Counted from the stretch's first letter, positions 49,260 through 59,667 are shown. The stretch is 64,000 bases of DNA from Promethearchaeota archaeon (GCA_019057865.1 JAHLWP010000001.1:128001-192000); one strand, 5' to 3'. The notes: generated by a model from the sequence alone, not told the origin. Made by a program: numbers and translations.

Positions 49260-51049
49260 AACTATACTCACCCGACAAAAAAAGTCTTTAGGTCTGTATT
49301 CTTTATTTTTATTAAATCGAAACCTTTATCTTCGTGGCTACTTTCGTTAATATATGACCGTAAAACCACCTGAAATAGAAAAAGATACAGTATATACCTA
49401 TTGGGAATCGGATGAGGGAATGACTTGTCCGTTATGTGGCAATTCTCTTACTCATGAATTTAATGATGGAGGACGGGAAGTTATAACATTAAAAGGCTCA
49501 CTTTGGGTTGTTACCAATTATTATAGATGTGTAAATTTAGATTGTGAACTTCACAATGCATTTCCCGTGACGTATAACTCTTGTATCAAACGAAAAAGAC
49601 ATTCCGTGGAAGTATGGGCGAAAGTAATTCAACACCATTTTAAATACCATCTCAATTATCGTCAAGTCGCCGAACTCATATGGGACGATTGGGAGATCTC
49701 AATTTCCGAAAGCACAGTAAGAAATGTTTGTCAATATTTCGAGATGGCAGGTTTGCAATATAAGAACACAGAAGTTAGGAGAGAAATTGCTGAATCAGGA
49801 AGAATCTACCTCTCATTAGATGGTGCTCAACCAATCGAAGGTGAGCCTGCTTTATGGATTTTCACGGATCGCCTAACCGATAATGTGTTGCTTGCACGAC
49901 TCCTGGAAAGCGCTCCTGCTGAGGTATTGCACGACATATATCAAGAAATAGAAGAAAAATTTGGTGTGTCCATAGCAGCTGTAATTTCCGATAAACAAAA
50001 GAATATCTTGAACTCAGTGAAAATGCTTAATCCGGACATCCCTCACGTGTATTGCCAATATCATTTTTTAAATCACGTTATTGCACCAATCGCCGCCAAG
50101 GATTCTCATCTCCAAACTACTCTTCAAAAGAAAATACGTTCACTTTCTCTCGTTCAAAAAGAGCCCGTAGGAGAAAATACTGAGAAAATTACTAAAAAAT
50201 CGCCAGTTGCCGAGATTTTTTCACCTATTACCAAGGAGCTTAAATGTGCGATTGCTGCAAGAGGAAACCGTTTTGATACGTTTCCAGGAAAAGAAATATA
50301 TTTAAACTTGGAGTTCGTGCGATCTCGCTTAAAGATCTTCCAAAAAAAAGGACTCCCTCAGAAAGTCGTGCGATCTCTTCAGTCATTAATTAATTCCTTA
50401 GAAAAGATATTAGATTCCACTGGCCACTTATATTCTGAGCTTTGTTCTTTATTACATGATTTCCAATGGTTAAGAGCAATTTTAAGCCATCGGGAGTGGT
50501 CAGGAAAGCGAATTAAAAAATGGGTGTATAGGTGGCTTTTCGAGCTTCAGAAAAGGCTTGAGCAACGATCCATGGAGCATAACGCTAATAATTTAAAATG
50601 GCAATATCCTTCCCGCGCTATAACGCAAGAAGAAGCGTGGCAACAATGGATTCGCTTAGAACATTCCTATAGCGACGGATTATACTGTGCTTACGATGAT
50701 CCCGACTTGGATTTTACCAATAACGCCAAAGAACTGTTATTTCACCGTTCGAAAGCCCATTTTAAAGCTCTTTTAGGACGCCAGAATATTGCCCGCGCCT
50801 ACCAATCTAAAGGCGGGATTTACGCCCAATTAATAGATTTTGATTACTCTGATGAGAATATTTCGAGCGTGCTCTTAGCAAGCGAAACTCCGCTACTTGA
50901 AGCAAATCGTCAAGAACATAACGCTCAATATATGGTGACTCGGCGCAGATGGCGAATCCGAGAAGAGGAAACGGGAAACTTTAAACAATTTGAATATAAT
51001 TTGCAAGCATTAAAAAACCAAGAGTGATTTTTGTCGAGTGAGTATAGTT
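49260..51049 (+). mobile_element. Complete insertion sequence with terminal inverted repeats
   Basis: Left AACTATACTCACCCGACAAAAA and right TTTTTGTCGAGTGAGTATAGTT (22 bp, 1 mismatch), flanked by TAATTA on both sides; visibly more GC-rich than the flanks. Confidence 0.88.
49354..51027 (+). CDS. DDE transposase (Mutator/IS256/ISL3-like, CxxH type)
   Basis: N-terminal zinc finger CPLCG...C...C, HTH, LSLDG, ISDKQ, CQYH, TNNAKE. Confidence 0.88.
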   Translation: MTVKPPEIEKDTVYTYWESDEGMTCPLCGNSLTHEFNDGGREVITLKGSLWVVTNYYRCVNLDCELHNAFPVTYNSCIKRKRHSVEVWAKVIQHHFKYHLNYRQVAELIWDDWEISISESTVRNVCQYFEMAGLQYKNTEVRREIAESGRIYLSLDGAQPIEGEPALWIFTDRLTDNVLLARLLESAPAEVLHDIYQEIEEKFGVSIAAVISDKQKNILNSVKMLNPDIPHVYCQYHFLNHVIAPIAAKDSHLQTTLQKKIRSLSLVQKEPVGENTEKITKKSPVAEIFSPITKELKCAIAARGNRFDTFPGKEIYLNLEFVRSRLKIFQKKGLPQKVVRSLQSLINSLEKILDSTGHLYSELCSLLHDFQWLRAILSHREWSGKRIKKWVYRWLFELQKRLEQRSMEHNANNLKWQYPSRAITQEEAWQQWIRLEHSYSDGLYCAYDDPDLDFTNNAKELLFHRSKAHFKALLGRQNIARAYQSKGGIYAQLIDFDYSDENISSVLLASETPLLEANRQEHNAQYMVTRRRWRIREEETGNFKQFEYNLQALKNQE

Positions 51050-51106
51050 TAATTATAATGTTTTTTTTAAACATCATTTTTTTTTATCTTTATTAATTAA
51101 TTATAC

Positions 51107-51820
51107 TTGAATGTAATAATGTTTCAAGAATTAAACGAGTTATTCGAAAGCACAACAATAAAACCAACATTTGAGAAAGTTCATATTATTCTAGCTTTAT
51201 TTATTTTTGGAGAAAATATGGAAGGAATTGGAAGATATCGATTACAAAAAGAATTACTAATTGGCTCGGGGACATCAAGATCTCTAATTAAGAAATTAAA
51301 ACAAAGGGGGGGTTTTATAACAGTTGCAAATGGAGATATTAAAAGTAAATCTGAAAGCCAAAGGAAAGGTCATATTCTCACGGAAAAAGGATTAGACTAT
51401 TTAAATAAAATTAAAATACATATTCCAATTCTAATAGAAGGCAATTTAGAAATATTAAAGGATATAATCATTGAAACTTATGAAGCAAATCCGTATATTT
51501 GTCAAGTGAAAAATAGAGGTGATAGGATCACTAATGGAGTTGCTCAAAGAGATGCTGCAATTAAAGTTGATGGTATTGGTGCCACATGTTTAATTTATAA
51601 TGGTGATAGATTAGTATTTCCTTTAGGATCTTTATCAGATGATGATAAAAACCAGGCCCAAATAAAAGAGACTGTTCAAAATTATTTTAAAGAAATGAGA
51701 AATAAAATTACTGCTGAAAAGTTAATTTTAGAAAAAAATGATGTTATAATTATTGGATTAGGTGATAATCCTGAAAAAGCAAGGTTAGTAGCGTTGAATG
51801 CTGCTTTAACCTTAATCTGA
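51107..51820 (+). CDS. Winged-helix protein, DUF4443-like
   Basis: IGRYRLQKELLIGSGTSRSLI...GHILTEKG; GVAQRDAAIKVDGIGAT. Confidence 0.75.
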   Translation: MNVIMFQELNELFESTTIKPTFEKVHIILALFIFGENMEGIGRYRLQKELLIGSGTSRSLIKKLKQRGGFITVANGDIKSKSESQRKGHILTEKGLDYLNKIKIHIPILIEGNLEILKDIIIETYEANPYICQVKNRGDRITNGVAQRDAAIKVDGIGATCLIYNGDRLVFPLGSLSDDDKNQAQIKETVQNYFKEMRNKITAEKLILEKNDVIIIGLGDNPEKARLVALNAALTLI

Positions 51821-51871
51821 AAATAAGAGTGAAAAGAGATGTAGACCATAAAATTCGAAAAAGATATAAAA

Positions 51872-52333
51872 TTGATTTTGAATCATATACTTTTTAATCA
51901 ACTGATTGAATGTGTGAAAAGTGCTAGTCCTAATGAAGCATGTGGATTACTTTTCGGAGATGTTAAAGAAATAGATTATAAAGGGGAATACCAATACCAA
52001 TATGTTGGAAAAAAGTTTAATTGTATAGAATCCAATCAAAAAAGTCCGGTTGCTTTTCTCATGAGCAATCTTGAGGAATTAAACCGAATTTTTCACGATG
52101 CATTCCAAAAAGATAAATTACGTTTAATTAGTATTTTTCATTCTCATCCTGGTGGTACATATCCTAGCGAAATTGATTTTTCTAATATGAGATTTTTAGA
52201 TAATTGCGGTAATAAAGCATTTAAAAATCAAATCTGGGCAATAATGAATGCAAGAAATATGAAATTAAATGGATATATTCTTTATAATAATGAATTCATG
52301 CAAATAAAAATTCAAAAACTTAAGCATTATTGA
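51872..52333 (+). CDS. JAMM/MPN+ metallo-isopeptidase
   Basis: PNEACGLLFG and FHSHP....PSEID. Confidence 0.9.
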   Translation: MILNHILFNQLIECVKSASPNEACGLLFGDVKEIDYKGEYQYQYVGKKFNCIESNQKSPVAFLMSNLEELNRIFHDAFQKDKLRLISIFHSHPGGTYPSEIDFSNMRFLDNCGNKAFKNQIWAIMNARNMKLNGYILYNNEFMQIKIQKLKHY

Positions 52334-52968
52334 ATTTGCTTAAAACCTTCTTTATCTATAGTACATAATTGAATTTTAAATCCAGATGCGGCATCCCTTT
52401 CTCGAGAACTTGAGATTGCTGTTTTTACAAGCTCTGTACCATCTTCTTTTGTCATATTGAGTTTCCAATCAGCTTCTAAAACACCTAGAGAAAATGGAGA
52501 TCCAGACCCAAATGATATAAATTTATCTTCTTCATAAAGAGTACCTAAGAGATCGATACCATAAAGTTTTCCAGCATTTTCTTTTAGAGAATATCCCCCT
52601 ACAATCATCATAGAAACAAAAAATGATCTGCCTGAAAAGAGAATATTTCTTGTAATGCTTGCTATATATTTTGGTTCGGGGACTTTCTCTTCTTCAACTT
52701 CTTTTAATCGGGATAAAGCATAAAGTTGATTAATGACATATTGGCAATCAGCAACACCACCAGATATAGTCGCTGCGGTATATTTATTTATTTCAAATAA
52801 TTTCTTTGCCTGTTTAGTAGCTACTGTGAAACCGGCAGTTGCTTGAGATTCAGTACCCATAATAACTCCATCACTAACAATAATGCCAACTGTAGTAGTC
52901 CCGGATTGCAATGCTTTATTTATCGACTCTTGATCTAAATTGTGGGGATTTAAATTGTTTTCAGTCAT
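52327..52968 (-). CDS. psmB: 20S proteasome beta subunit
   Basis: Propeptide then G^TTTVG; GSGS; RDAASG. Confidence 0.95.
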   Translation of the reverse strand: MTENNLNPHNLDQESINKALQSGTTTVGIIVSDGVIMGTESQATAGFTVATKQAKKLFEINKYTAATISGGVADCQYVINQLYALSRLKEVEEEKVPEPKYIASITRNILFSGRSFFVSMMIVGGYSLKENAGKLYGIDLLGTLYEEDKFISFGSGSPFSLGVLEADWKLNMTKEDGTELVKTAISSSRERDAASGFKIQLCTIDKEGFKQIQ

Positions 52969-53148
52969 TTTAAAGTAAGATTATTCTATTATTATCAATA
53001 ATAAATTAAGTGGTTTAATTTAAATAAAAATTGTTTCTATATTTATTTTACTTTAATAAATCATAATTAATGTAGATTTTTAAAAAAATTTTAAAGATAT
53101 CCTTTCTTATCAAAAATAATAAATTGGACTAATTTTGGTTAACCTTTC

Positions 53149-53526
53149 ATGGCAAGAAGCCAAGCTCGAAGTAAAAGGAAATTTACTGGAAAAAAATACA
53201 AGCATTTCAAGAAAAAAAGGAAAAGAGAACTCGAACGCCCAAGAATTGATACTACAATAGGTGAGAAGAAGAATAAGAAACAACGGGTTATGGGGGGAAA
53301 TACAAAATTAAAACTATTCTCCTCTCAGTATATAAATGTAACAGACCCTAATACAAATAAAACATCTAGGGTGAGAATTTTAGACTTTGAGAGTAATGAT
53401 GCTTCAAAAGACTTGAATCGTAGGCATATCTTAACCAAAGGAGCTGTTGTTGAAACAGAATTAGGAAATGCAAAAATTTCTTCACGCCCCGGTCAGGATG
53501 GAATTTTAAATGGAGTTTTAGTTTAA
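53149..53526 (+). CDS. rps8e: 30S ribosomal protein S8e
   Basis: RVMGGNTK, ILTKGAVVETELG, SRPGQDG. Confidence 0.97.
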   Translation: MARSQARSKRKFTGKKYKHFKKKRKRELERPRIDTTIGEKKNKKQRVMGGNTKLKLFSSQYINVTDPNTNKTSRVRILDFESNDASKDLNRRHILTKGAVVETELGNAKISSRPGQDGILNGVLV

Positions 53527-53534
53527 AATTTAGC

Positions 53535-53906
53535 TTATTCTTGAATTTTAATGTTCTTAACGTTTGCTTTTTTACCTTCGATAATCTCAGTATTATTACT
53601 TCCACAATGTTTACATCTAAAAAGTTGAAGTCCAGTTAACTGAGCCTCTCTTGTTAGTGATACTTCCGAATTTTTATTACATTCTCGACATTTAACTTTT
53701 CCCGGAAGAATTTTAATATTTAGTGTTGCTCCTTCTGCTATTGAACCTTTAGTAGCCATTTCAAATGATCGTCGAAGAAGGTCAGGAACAATTAAAGTCA
53801 ATTCTCCAATTTCAAGAAGAACTTCCGAGATCTTTTTTGCATTGTATTTCAATGCTGTAGCTTCAGCTACTTTAAAAATATTATAGGCAAAAGCAAATTC
53901 GTGCAT
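53535..53906 (-). CDS. hypA: Hydrogenase nickel metallochaperone HypA
   Basis: MHE start, IGELT, two CxxC motifs. Confidence 0.95.
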   Translation of the reverse strand: MHEFAFAYNIFKVAEATALKYNAKKISEVLLEIGELTLIVPDLLRRSFEMATKGSIAEGATLNIKILPGKVKCRECNKNSEVSLTREAQLTGLQLFRCKHCGSNNTEIIEGKKANVKNIKIQE

Positions 53907-53915
53907 TTATGGAAT

Positions 53916-54212
53916 TTAATTTTTTGTTTGCATTTTTCTAATTTCTTTTGCTATTTCTAGCATCACTTTTGATTTTTTCTTTCCCTTAATATCTATTAAA
54001 ACTCTCCCTGGATCCTCCCACCATGTTCTTGGATAGTTATAACCTTCCTCAAGTTGAGCATTGTATCCCAATCGTTTTGCAGCTTTAAGTAGAGACTCGG
54101 TGCTCATTCTTTCAATTGCGAATGTTTTAGAAATACGCCTTCCTTCGGCTCTGCTTTTTTTTGCATCGAAATAAGCAGGCCAAAAAATTATAAATGGTTT
54201 ACGTGAACGCAT
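53916..54212 (-). CDS. srp19: Signal recognition particle 19 kDa protein
   Basis: WPAYFDAKKSRAEGRRI, YPRTWW..GRV. Confidence 0.95.
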   Translation of the reverse strand: MRSRKPFIIFWPAYFDAKKSRAEGRRISKTFAIERMSTESLLKAAKRLGYNAQLEEGYNYPRTWWEDPGRVLIDIKGKKKSKVMLEIAKEIRKMQTKN

Positions 54213-54370
54213 TTAAATCATTAAGTGAAAAATTTTGAAAAAATATAAGATAAAAAACTCTCTAAGAAATATAAAAATTATTGGTTTAAAATATAAAAAT
54301 TCTCAAAAATAAATTTTATTTAAGAGCATTTACTATTCTTATCATAACTTTTAAAACCCTTTTTTACCCG

Positions 54371-54503
54371 GGGAGGGTAGTCTAGATTGGTATGATACTC
54401 GGCTGGGGTAATCTCTGCATTTGCTGAGTTTTCAGAAGCCGAGTGGTCGGGGGTTCAACGAATTTCCCGTTTCGGGCATCCCGAACAAATCCCCCCTCTC
54501 CCA
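54371..54503 (+). tRNA. tRNA-Pro(GGG) with two introns (54409-54437 at 37/38; 54459-54488 at 58/59)
   Basis: Acceptor GGGAGGG/CTCTCCC, anticodon stem CTCGG/CCGAG around CT-GGG-G^G, T arm GGGGG-TTCAA^AT-CCCCC after removing both inserts; BHB motifs at both junctions. Confidence 0.92.
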
Positions 54504-54629
54504 TTTTACTAACTTTTTATATTATTAATAAAAAATAGAAATTGTATTCTTAAAAATTGTTAAATTTGGTATAGATTTTTAAGTAGGTAAAAGCTATTTC
54601 TTTATAAAATTAAATCATTTTGTGATCAT

Positions 54630-54935
54630 ATGTTTAGTGCAATTCAAGAAGCAGATAAAACCATGCGTGGTTTAGCTATTTTTGGGGGAATAGTGGGAGT
54701 GATTGAAGCGTTTATAGATTTAGCTGGCTTTGGATTATTTAAATGGGGACTGTTGGGTATAGCTGGAACAATAATTGCTCTCATAATTGCTATAATAGCT
54801 ATTTTTTTAGGATTTAGACCGATTCATTATATTCCTGCTATTTTAGGAGTAATAGGACTTTTTTTAATAATTTTTGGAATATTAATTGGAGGAATAATTG
54901 TACTCCTTGCGGCTTTTTTAGGAGCCCTTAGTTAA
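54630..54935 (+). CDS. Small Gly/Ile-rich membrane protein
   Basis: 3-4 hydrophobic helices. Confidence 0.65.
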   Translation: MFSAIQEADKTMRGLAIFGGIVGVIEAFIDLAGFGLFKWGLLGIAGTIIALIIAIIAIFLGFRPIHYIPAILGVIGLFLIIFGILIGGIIVLLAAFLGALS

Positions 54936-54972
54936 TTTTTAAACATTTTTTTTTCTTTTTCTTTTGAAAGTA

Positions 54973-54992
54973 CGTGAAACCTAAATTTCACG
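54973..54992. promoter_or_regulatory. Palindromic operator candidate upstream of the GH3 gene
   Basis: CGTGAAA-N6-TTTCACG, about 95 bp before the ATG. Confidence 0.4.
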
Positions 54993-55087
54993 AACAATAA
55001 TTCTATTTATTAATTTTTAAAGTAAAGTCATATTTACTAATATTAATGGAATTTAGGGAATTAATTATACATTAATGTTGAAACGAT

Positions 55088-57550
55088 ATGAATTTAGATA
55101 AGAAAAATGATAGAACGCTCTATTTAGATTCTTCTCAACCTATTAAAAAAAGAGTTGAGGATCTCCTCTCAAGAATGACTATCGAAGAAAAAGTAGCTCA
55201 ACTTGGTTCTCAGTACCCAAAGGCTGTATTAGAGGCCAAGGAGTTATCAGTTGAAAAAATGGAAAAACATTTTAGGTATGGTATTGGTCAAATTTCTCGA
55301 ATTGGAGGACTTATGAATATAGCCCCTGAAAAATCTGCAAAAATTGCTAATAAAATACAGAAATTTTTAAAGGAAAAAACAAGGTTAGGAATACCAGCAA
55401 TAATTCATGAAGAATGTTTATGTGGCTTTACGTCAAGAGAAGGAACAGTTTTTCCACAAATCATTGGAGTCGCTTCTACATGGGATCCAGAGATTGTTGA
55501 AGCTATGACAAGTATAATTGGAAAACAGATGCGTATTGTTGGTGCTCATCAAGCTCTTTCTCCCGTTCTTGATATAGCTCGTGATCCAAGATGGGGTAGA
55601 ACGGAAGAAACATTTGGTGAGGACCCGTATCTAGTATCTCGTATGGGTGTTGCATATGTAAAGGGGTTACAAGGTGATTCACTTAAGACTGGAATTATTG
55701 CAACAGGGAAACATTTTTTGGGGTATGGGTTACCACAGGGAGGGAGAAATTGGGGACCCGCATTTATCCCTAAAAGAGAGTTATTGGAAGTATATGCAAA
55801 ACCATTTGAAGCAGCAATAGTGGAATCTAATATCGGTTCAATTATGAATGCTTATCATGAAATTGATGGAATTCCTTGTGGTATATCACATGAATTATTG
55901 ACAGATTTGTTAAGGGATAAATTAGGTTTTACTGGTATGGTTGTTTCAGATTATGTTACACTTGAACTTGCATGTTTATTACACCGAATAGCTAAGGATC
56001 CGACTGAAGCGGCAATTCTAGCAATAAAAGCGGGTCTTGATGTAGAACTTCCCAGAACCACAGGCTATGGGAGGGGTTTTATTAGAGCTGTTAAAAATGG
56101 AGAAGTAGATGAAAAATTTGTAAATAGATCTGTTGCTCGAGTTTTGAAGAAGAAATTTGAACTCGGTTTATTCGAAAATCCATATATTGATGATAACCCA
56201 GAAAAAATTGCGGAAACAGTTTTAAATCCAGACTCTAAGGCTCTGGCTAAAAAAATAGCTCTTAAATCTATGATCTTACTAAAAAATGAGAATGAACTTT
56301 TGCCTCTAAAGAAAAATGTAAAATCTATTGCTATTATTGGTCCAAATGCAGATAGTATACGAAATCTTTTTGGTGATTACACTTTTGTAAGTCAATTTGA
56401 AGCTTCTTTTGCTGATGTAAGTACTATAGGTGATCTTGATGAAGATACAGTATCTCTTTATAGAGATTTACTAGAAAATGATGATAAAGATGCATTTACT
56501 CGCAGTATTTATAATATTAAGAGCATCTTAGAAGCTATAAAACAGAAGGTTTCTAAAAATACTAAAGTATATTATACTATAGGGTCTGAAATTCTTGATT
56601 ATGATAAGAAAGGGTTTAGTAAAGCAATTGAAATTGCCAAAAAAGCTGAGGTTGCAATTCTAGTTATGGGAGGAAAATCAGGAATGATAAAAGATTGCAC
56701 AAGTGGTGAGTTTCGTGATCGTACTAGACTTACATTACCAGGTGTGCAAGAGGATTTAGTCCGAGAAATCTATGCTACAGGTACTCCAATTGTATTACTA
56801 TTAATCAATGGTCGTCCATTATCAATTCCGTGGGAAAAGGAACATATTCCTGCTATTTTGGAAGCTTGGGTACCTGGTGAAAAAGGAGCTGATGCTGTTG
56901 CCGATGTGTTATTTGGTGATTATAATCCAGGAGGAAAATTACCAATATCTATTCCTCGTAATGTAGGACAGATTCCAGTTTTTCATAATCACAAACCTAC
57001 TGGAAATTTATCAGTTACAACGTGGAATTACGTTGAAGAGAATACAGAACCTCTATTTCCTTTTGGATATGGTTTAAGTTATACTCAATTTGAATATAGT
57101 GATTTAAGGATCAATAAAGCTCAAGTTGATATTAATGAAGAAGTTGAAATTTCATTGAAAGTTAAAAATATTGGCAAGCTTCGTGGCGATGAGATAATTC
57201 AGCTGTATTTTCATGATCGAGAGGCAACTATTACTCGCCCCATTGAAGAATTAATTGGATTTAAACGGATAACTTTAGAGCCTAGAGAAATTGCAACAAT
57301 AAGATTTGTTATTTCAATGAAGCAACTGGGATTTTATAATGAAAATATGGAATATGTTGTAGAACCGGGTAATATTGATGTCTATGTCGGTAGCATCCAT
57401 TCACTCCATAGTTCAAAACAGTTAGATCTTATGAATGACTTACTTTCGCATAGAGATGTGAAATTAAAAAGTCAATTCAAAATTATTGGTGAAGCAATAA
57501 AATTAGATAAGAATAAAGTGTTTTTCTCAAAAGTTTTAGTTAAAAAATAA
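55088..57550 (+). CDS. Glycoside hydrolase family 3 (beta-glucosidase/xylosidase)
   Basis: RDPRWGRTEETFGEDP, KHF, VVSDY nucleophile, PLFPFGYGLSYT, Fn3-like C-terminus. Confidence 0.95.
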   Translation: MNLDKKNDRTLYLDSSQPIKKRVEDLLSRMTIEEKVAQLGSQYPKAVLEAKELSVEKMEKHFRYGIGQISRIGGLMNIAPEKSAKIANKIQKFLKEKTRLGIPAIIHEECLCGFTSREGTVFPQIIGVASTWDPEIVEAMTSIIGKQMRIVGAHQALSPVLDIARDPRWGRTEETFGEDPYLVSRMGVAYVKGLQGDSLKTGIIATGKHFLGYGLPQGGRNWGPAFIPKRELLEVYAKPFEAAIVESNIGSIMNAYHEIDGIPCGISHELLTDLLRDKLGFTGMVVSDYVTLELACLLHRIAKDPTEAAILAIKAGLDVELPRTTGYGRGFIRAVKNGEVDEKFVNRSVARVLKKKFELGLFENPYIDDNPEKIAETVLNPDSKALAKKIALKSMILLKNENELLPLKKNVKSIAIIGPNADSIRNLFGDYTFVSQFEASFADVSTIGDLDEDTVSLYRDLLENDDKDAFTRSIYNIKSILEAIKQKVSKNTKVYYTIGSEILDYDKKGFSKAIEIAKKAEVAILVMGGKSGMIKDCTSGEFRDRTRLTLPGVQEDLVREIYATGTPIVLLLINGRPLSIPWEKEHIPAILEAWVPGEKGADAVADVLFGDYNPGGKLPISIPRNVGQIPVFHNHKPTGNLSVTTWNYVEENTEPLFPFGYGLSYTQFEYSDLRINKAQVDINEEVEISLKVKNIGKLRGDEIIQLYFHDREATITRPIEELIGFKRITLEPREIATIRFVISMKQLGFYNENMEYVVEPGNIDVYVGSIHSLHSSKQLDLMNDLLSHRDVKLKSQFKIIGEAIKLDKNKVFFSKVLVKK

Positions 57551-57564
57551 TACAATTGACAAGT

Positions 57565-58425
57565 CTATTTTGATAATGCTAACGCTAAGATTAATGCCCC
57601 TTGAATTTCAGAAATGTTTCCCACTCTTGAAGTATCTATTATAGTATTATTTAATCCCATATAAATTGCTCCATGCGCTTTTCCTCCGCCCAGGTGAACT
57701 AGCGTCCGATAGATCAAGTTACCGGAGATCCCGTTTGGTGCAATAATTAAATTCGATCTTTTCTCAATAGCTTTTTCTATTAGAATTTCATCGTGAGCAA
57801 TTTTTATATCTGGATACTCTTCTTGTATAAATTTAACTACATCATTAGCAATATCAATTGTTTTATCTACACTTTCATCTCTGCCAAAATCGCTTTTTCT
57901 TCCACCACTTAAAATACTAATTTTTGGTTCAATTTTTAAGTAAATAAACTCATTTATAGCTTTTCTTATATAACTAATTTTCTTTTCTAAGGTATTGCAC
58001 TCATCTATACCAACTGGTCCAAAAAAAAATTGAATTCCATTAGATGTCTCTAATAATGCTAACCGATTTAATTCCTTTATGTTTAAATAATTTTTAACTA
58101 TATTAAGAAATTTGTGAGAATCTAGAGAACCACGAATAATTCCATTTATTTTTTTGTTAATAAGACACTCCATCATTTCTTTCTCTGGTTCATTTGTTTT
58201 GATTAACGAAATCCTAGATTTGTATTCATTATATAATTCTGTATTTCTAATTTGCTCAATTGAGTCTTTTATTCCAAAATAATAAATTTTTGAATTATTC
58301 TCATTAAGAAATTTAATCGTAGCATTGAATACTTTATTGTTATGAAACTGTGAGGTTCCTAAGCCTATTCCTATTTTAGCCGTCTTTCCTTTTGCTTTTG
58401 ATTTGAATTTATTTAAGATGCTCAT
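57565..58425 (-). CDS. mtxX: MtxX / methanogenesis marker protein 4
   Basis: IRGSL, GPVGIDE, LSGGRKSDFGR, APNGISGNLIYRTL, DTSR. Confidence 0.88.
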   Translation of the reverse strand: MSILNKFKSKAKGKTAKIGIGLGTSQFHNNKVFNATIKFLNENNSKIYYFGIKDSIEQIRNTELYNEYKSRISLIKTNEPEKEMMECLINKKINGIIRGSLDSHKFLNIVKNYLNIKELNRLALLETSNGIQFFFGPVGIDECNTLEKKISYIRKAINEFIYLKIEPKISILSGGRKSDFGRDESVDKTIDIANDVVKFIQEEYPDIKIAHDEILIEKAIEKRSNLIIAPNGISGNLIYRTLVHLGGGKAHGAIYMGLNNTIIDTSRVGNISEIQGALILALALSK

Positions 58426-58445
58426 CTTTCAAGTTGGTTAAAATT

Positions 58446-59576
58446 TTAAACCATTCCATAAACTATAAACGCTAAAGTTATTGTTATAGCATCATATACT
58501 CCATGAGTTATAACCACTGTAATTAAATTTTCATTTCTCCAGTAATAAAGCCATCCTATCATTAAGGAAATGGAGAAATAAGGAATAAATGACAATAAAA
58601 ATGAAACTACAAAAGCTAATGGAGATTCTGAGGCAATAAAAAAAAATCCAATTAAATGAAACAATGAAAATATTAATGCTGAAATTATAATGCCCCAAAT
58701 ATTTCCTAAATTCCGCACTAGTCCTTTTTGCATAAATCCTCTAAATATTATTTCCTCAGATGTCCCTATGATTAAAATCATTACGATGGCGAAGATAATT
58801 AAACTGAAAATATCTAATGATGAGACTATTATTTCGACATCAGTTGTAGTACCACTAGTATCACGTATAATATCAACTCCAAAAATTATTTCTAAAATAA
58901 TTTCTATAAATATTGAAGATACAACTACTACTATTATTCCAATTGCTGCAAAAGCTAAGCCAATTAACACTTCTTTATAAATTCCTTTTCTCTCATATCC
59001 TCGGGAAGTAAATCCTAACAAAATTAATCGATTTTCAAAAGAAGGTGTTTGGAGATACTTTCCAACATATAGTACAGGTACAAGAATAAAGACTAGTTCA
59101 AAAAAAGATGAAAAAATTATAAAGTATGGATTGTACATTAAATCAGTTAAACTTTCCAAATCAGTAGTAAAAAACGCTAACATCGCAAGAAATCCTGCTA
59201 CTAAGAAACTCATGAGTATATATGCTCCTATTGGTAAACCAAGAGAAGTCATTATCCCCCATAATTTTAAATCTTTTGTATTAGTGATACTGTCATCAGA
59301 AATCTTTTCAATTCCATAATAAATTTTAGAAGGGTAGTATTGGGGATACGATATGGTTCTAATATGCTGACTAGGTGGAAATTTTTTATGTTCCTTAATA
59401 TATGTAATATTTGTCCGACATTTTATACAAAATTTAAGATTTTTGATTTTTGGAAGTTTATTTCCACATATTGGACAATATAACCAATCTAATTTGCTTT
59501 CATTACTATCTACATTCTCTTGAGACTTAATAAGATCTTCTTCTTTATATTGATCTTTTAGTTCTTTATCACTCAT
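58446..59576 (-). CDS. CPBP/CAAX intramembrane protease with N-terminal zinc ribbon
   Basis: CPICG...CIKC; EEIIFRG, FSLFH, HGVYD. Confidence 0.88.
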   Translation of the reverse strand: MSDKELKDQYKEEDLIKSQENVDSNESKLDWLYCPICGNKLPKIKNLKFCIKCRTNITYIKEHKKFPPSQHIRTISYPQYYPSKIYYGIEKISDDSITNTKDLKLWGIMTSLGLPIGAYILMSFLVAGFLAMLAFFTTDLESLTDLMYNPYFIIFSSFFELVFILVPVLYVGKYLQTPSFENRLILLGFTSRGYERKGIYKEVLIGLAFAAIGIIVVVVSSIFIEIILEIIFGVDIIRDTSGTTTDVEIIVSSLDIFSLIIFAIVMILIIGTSEEIIFRGFMQKGLVRNLGNIWGIIISALIFSLFHLIGFFFIASESPLAFVVSFLLSFIPYFSISLMIGWLYYWRNENLITVVITHGVYDAITITLAFIVYGMV

Positions 59577-59667
59577 TGTTAAGTTATAAGAATAAATTCA
59601 TTTACAAAAAATTTTATATTTCAAATTATAAAAAGTTCAGTTAAAAAGTTAGTTTAAAATAATAGAA

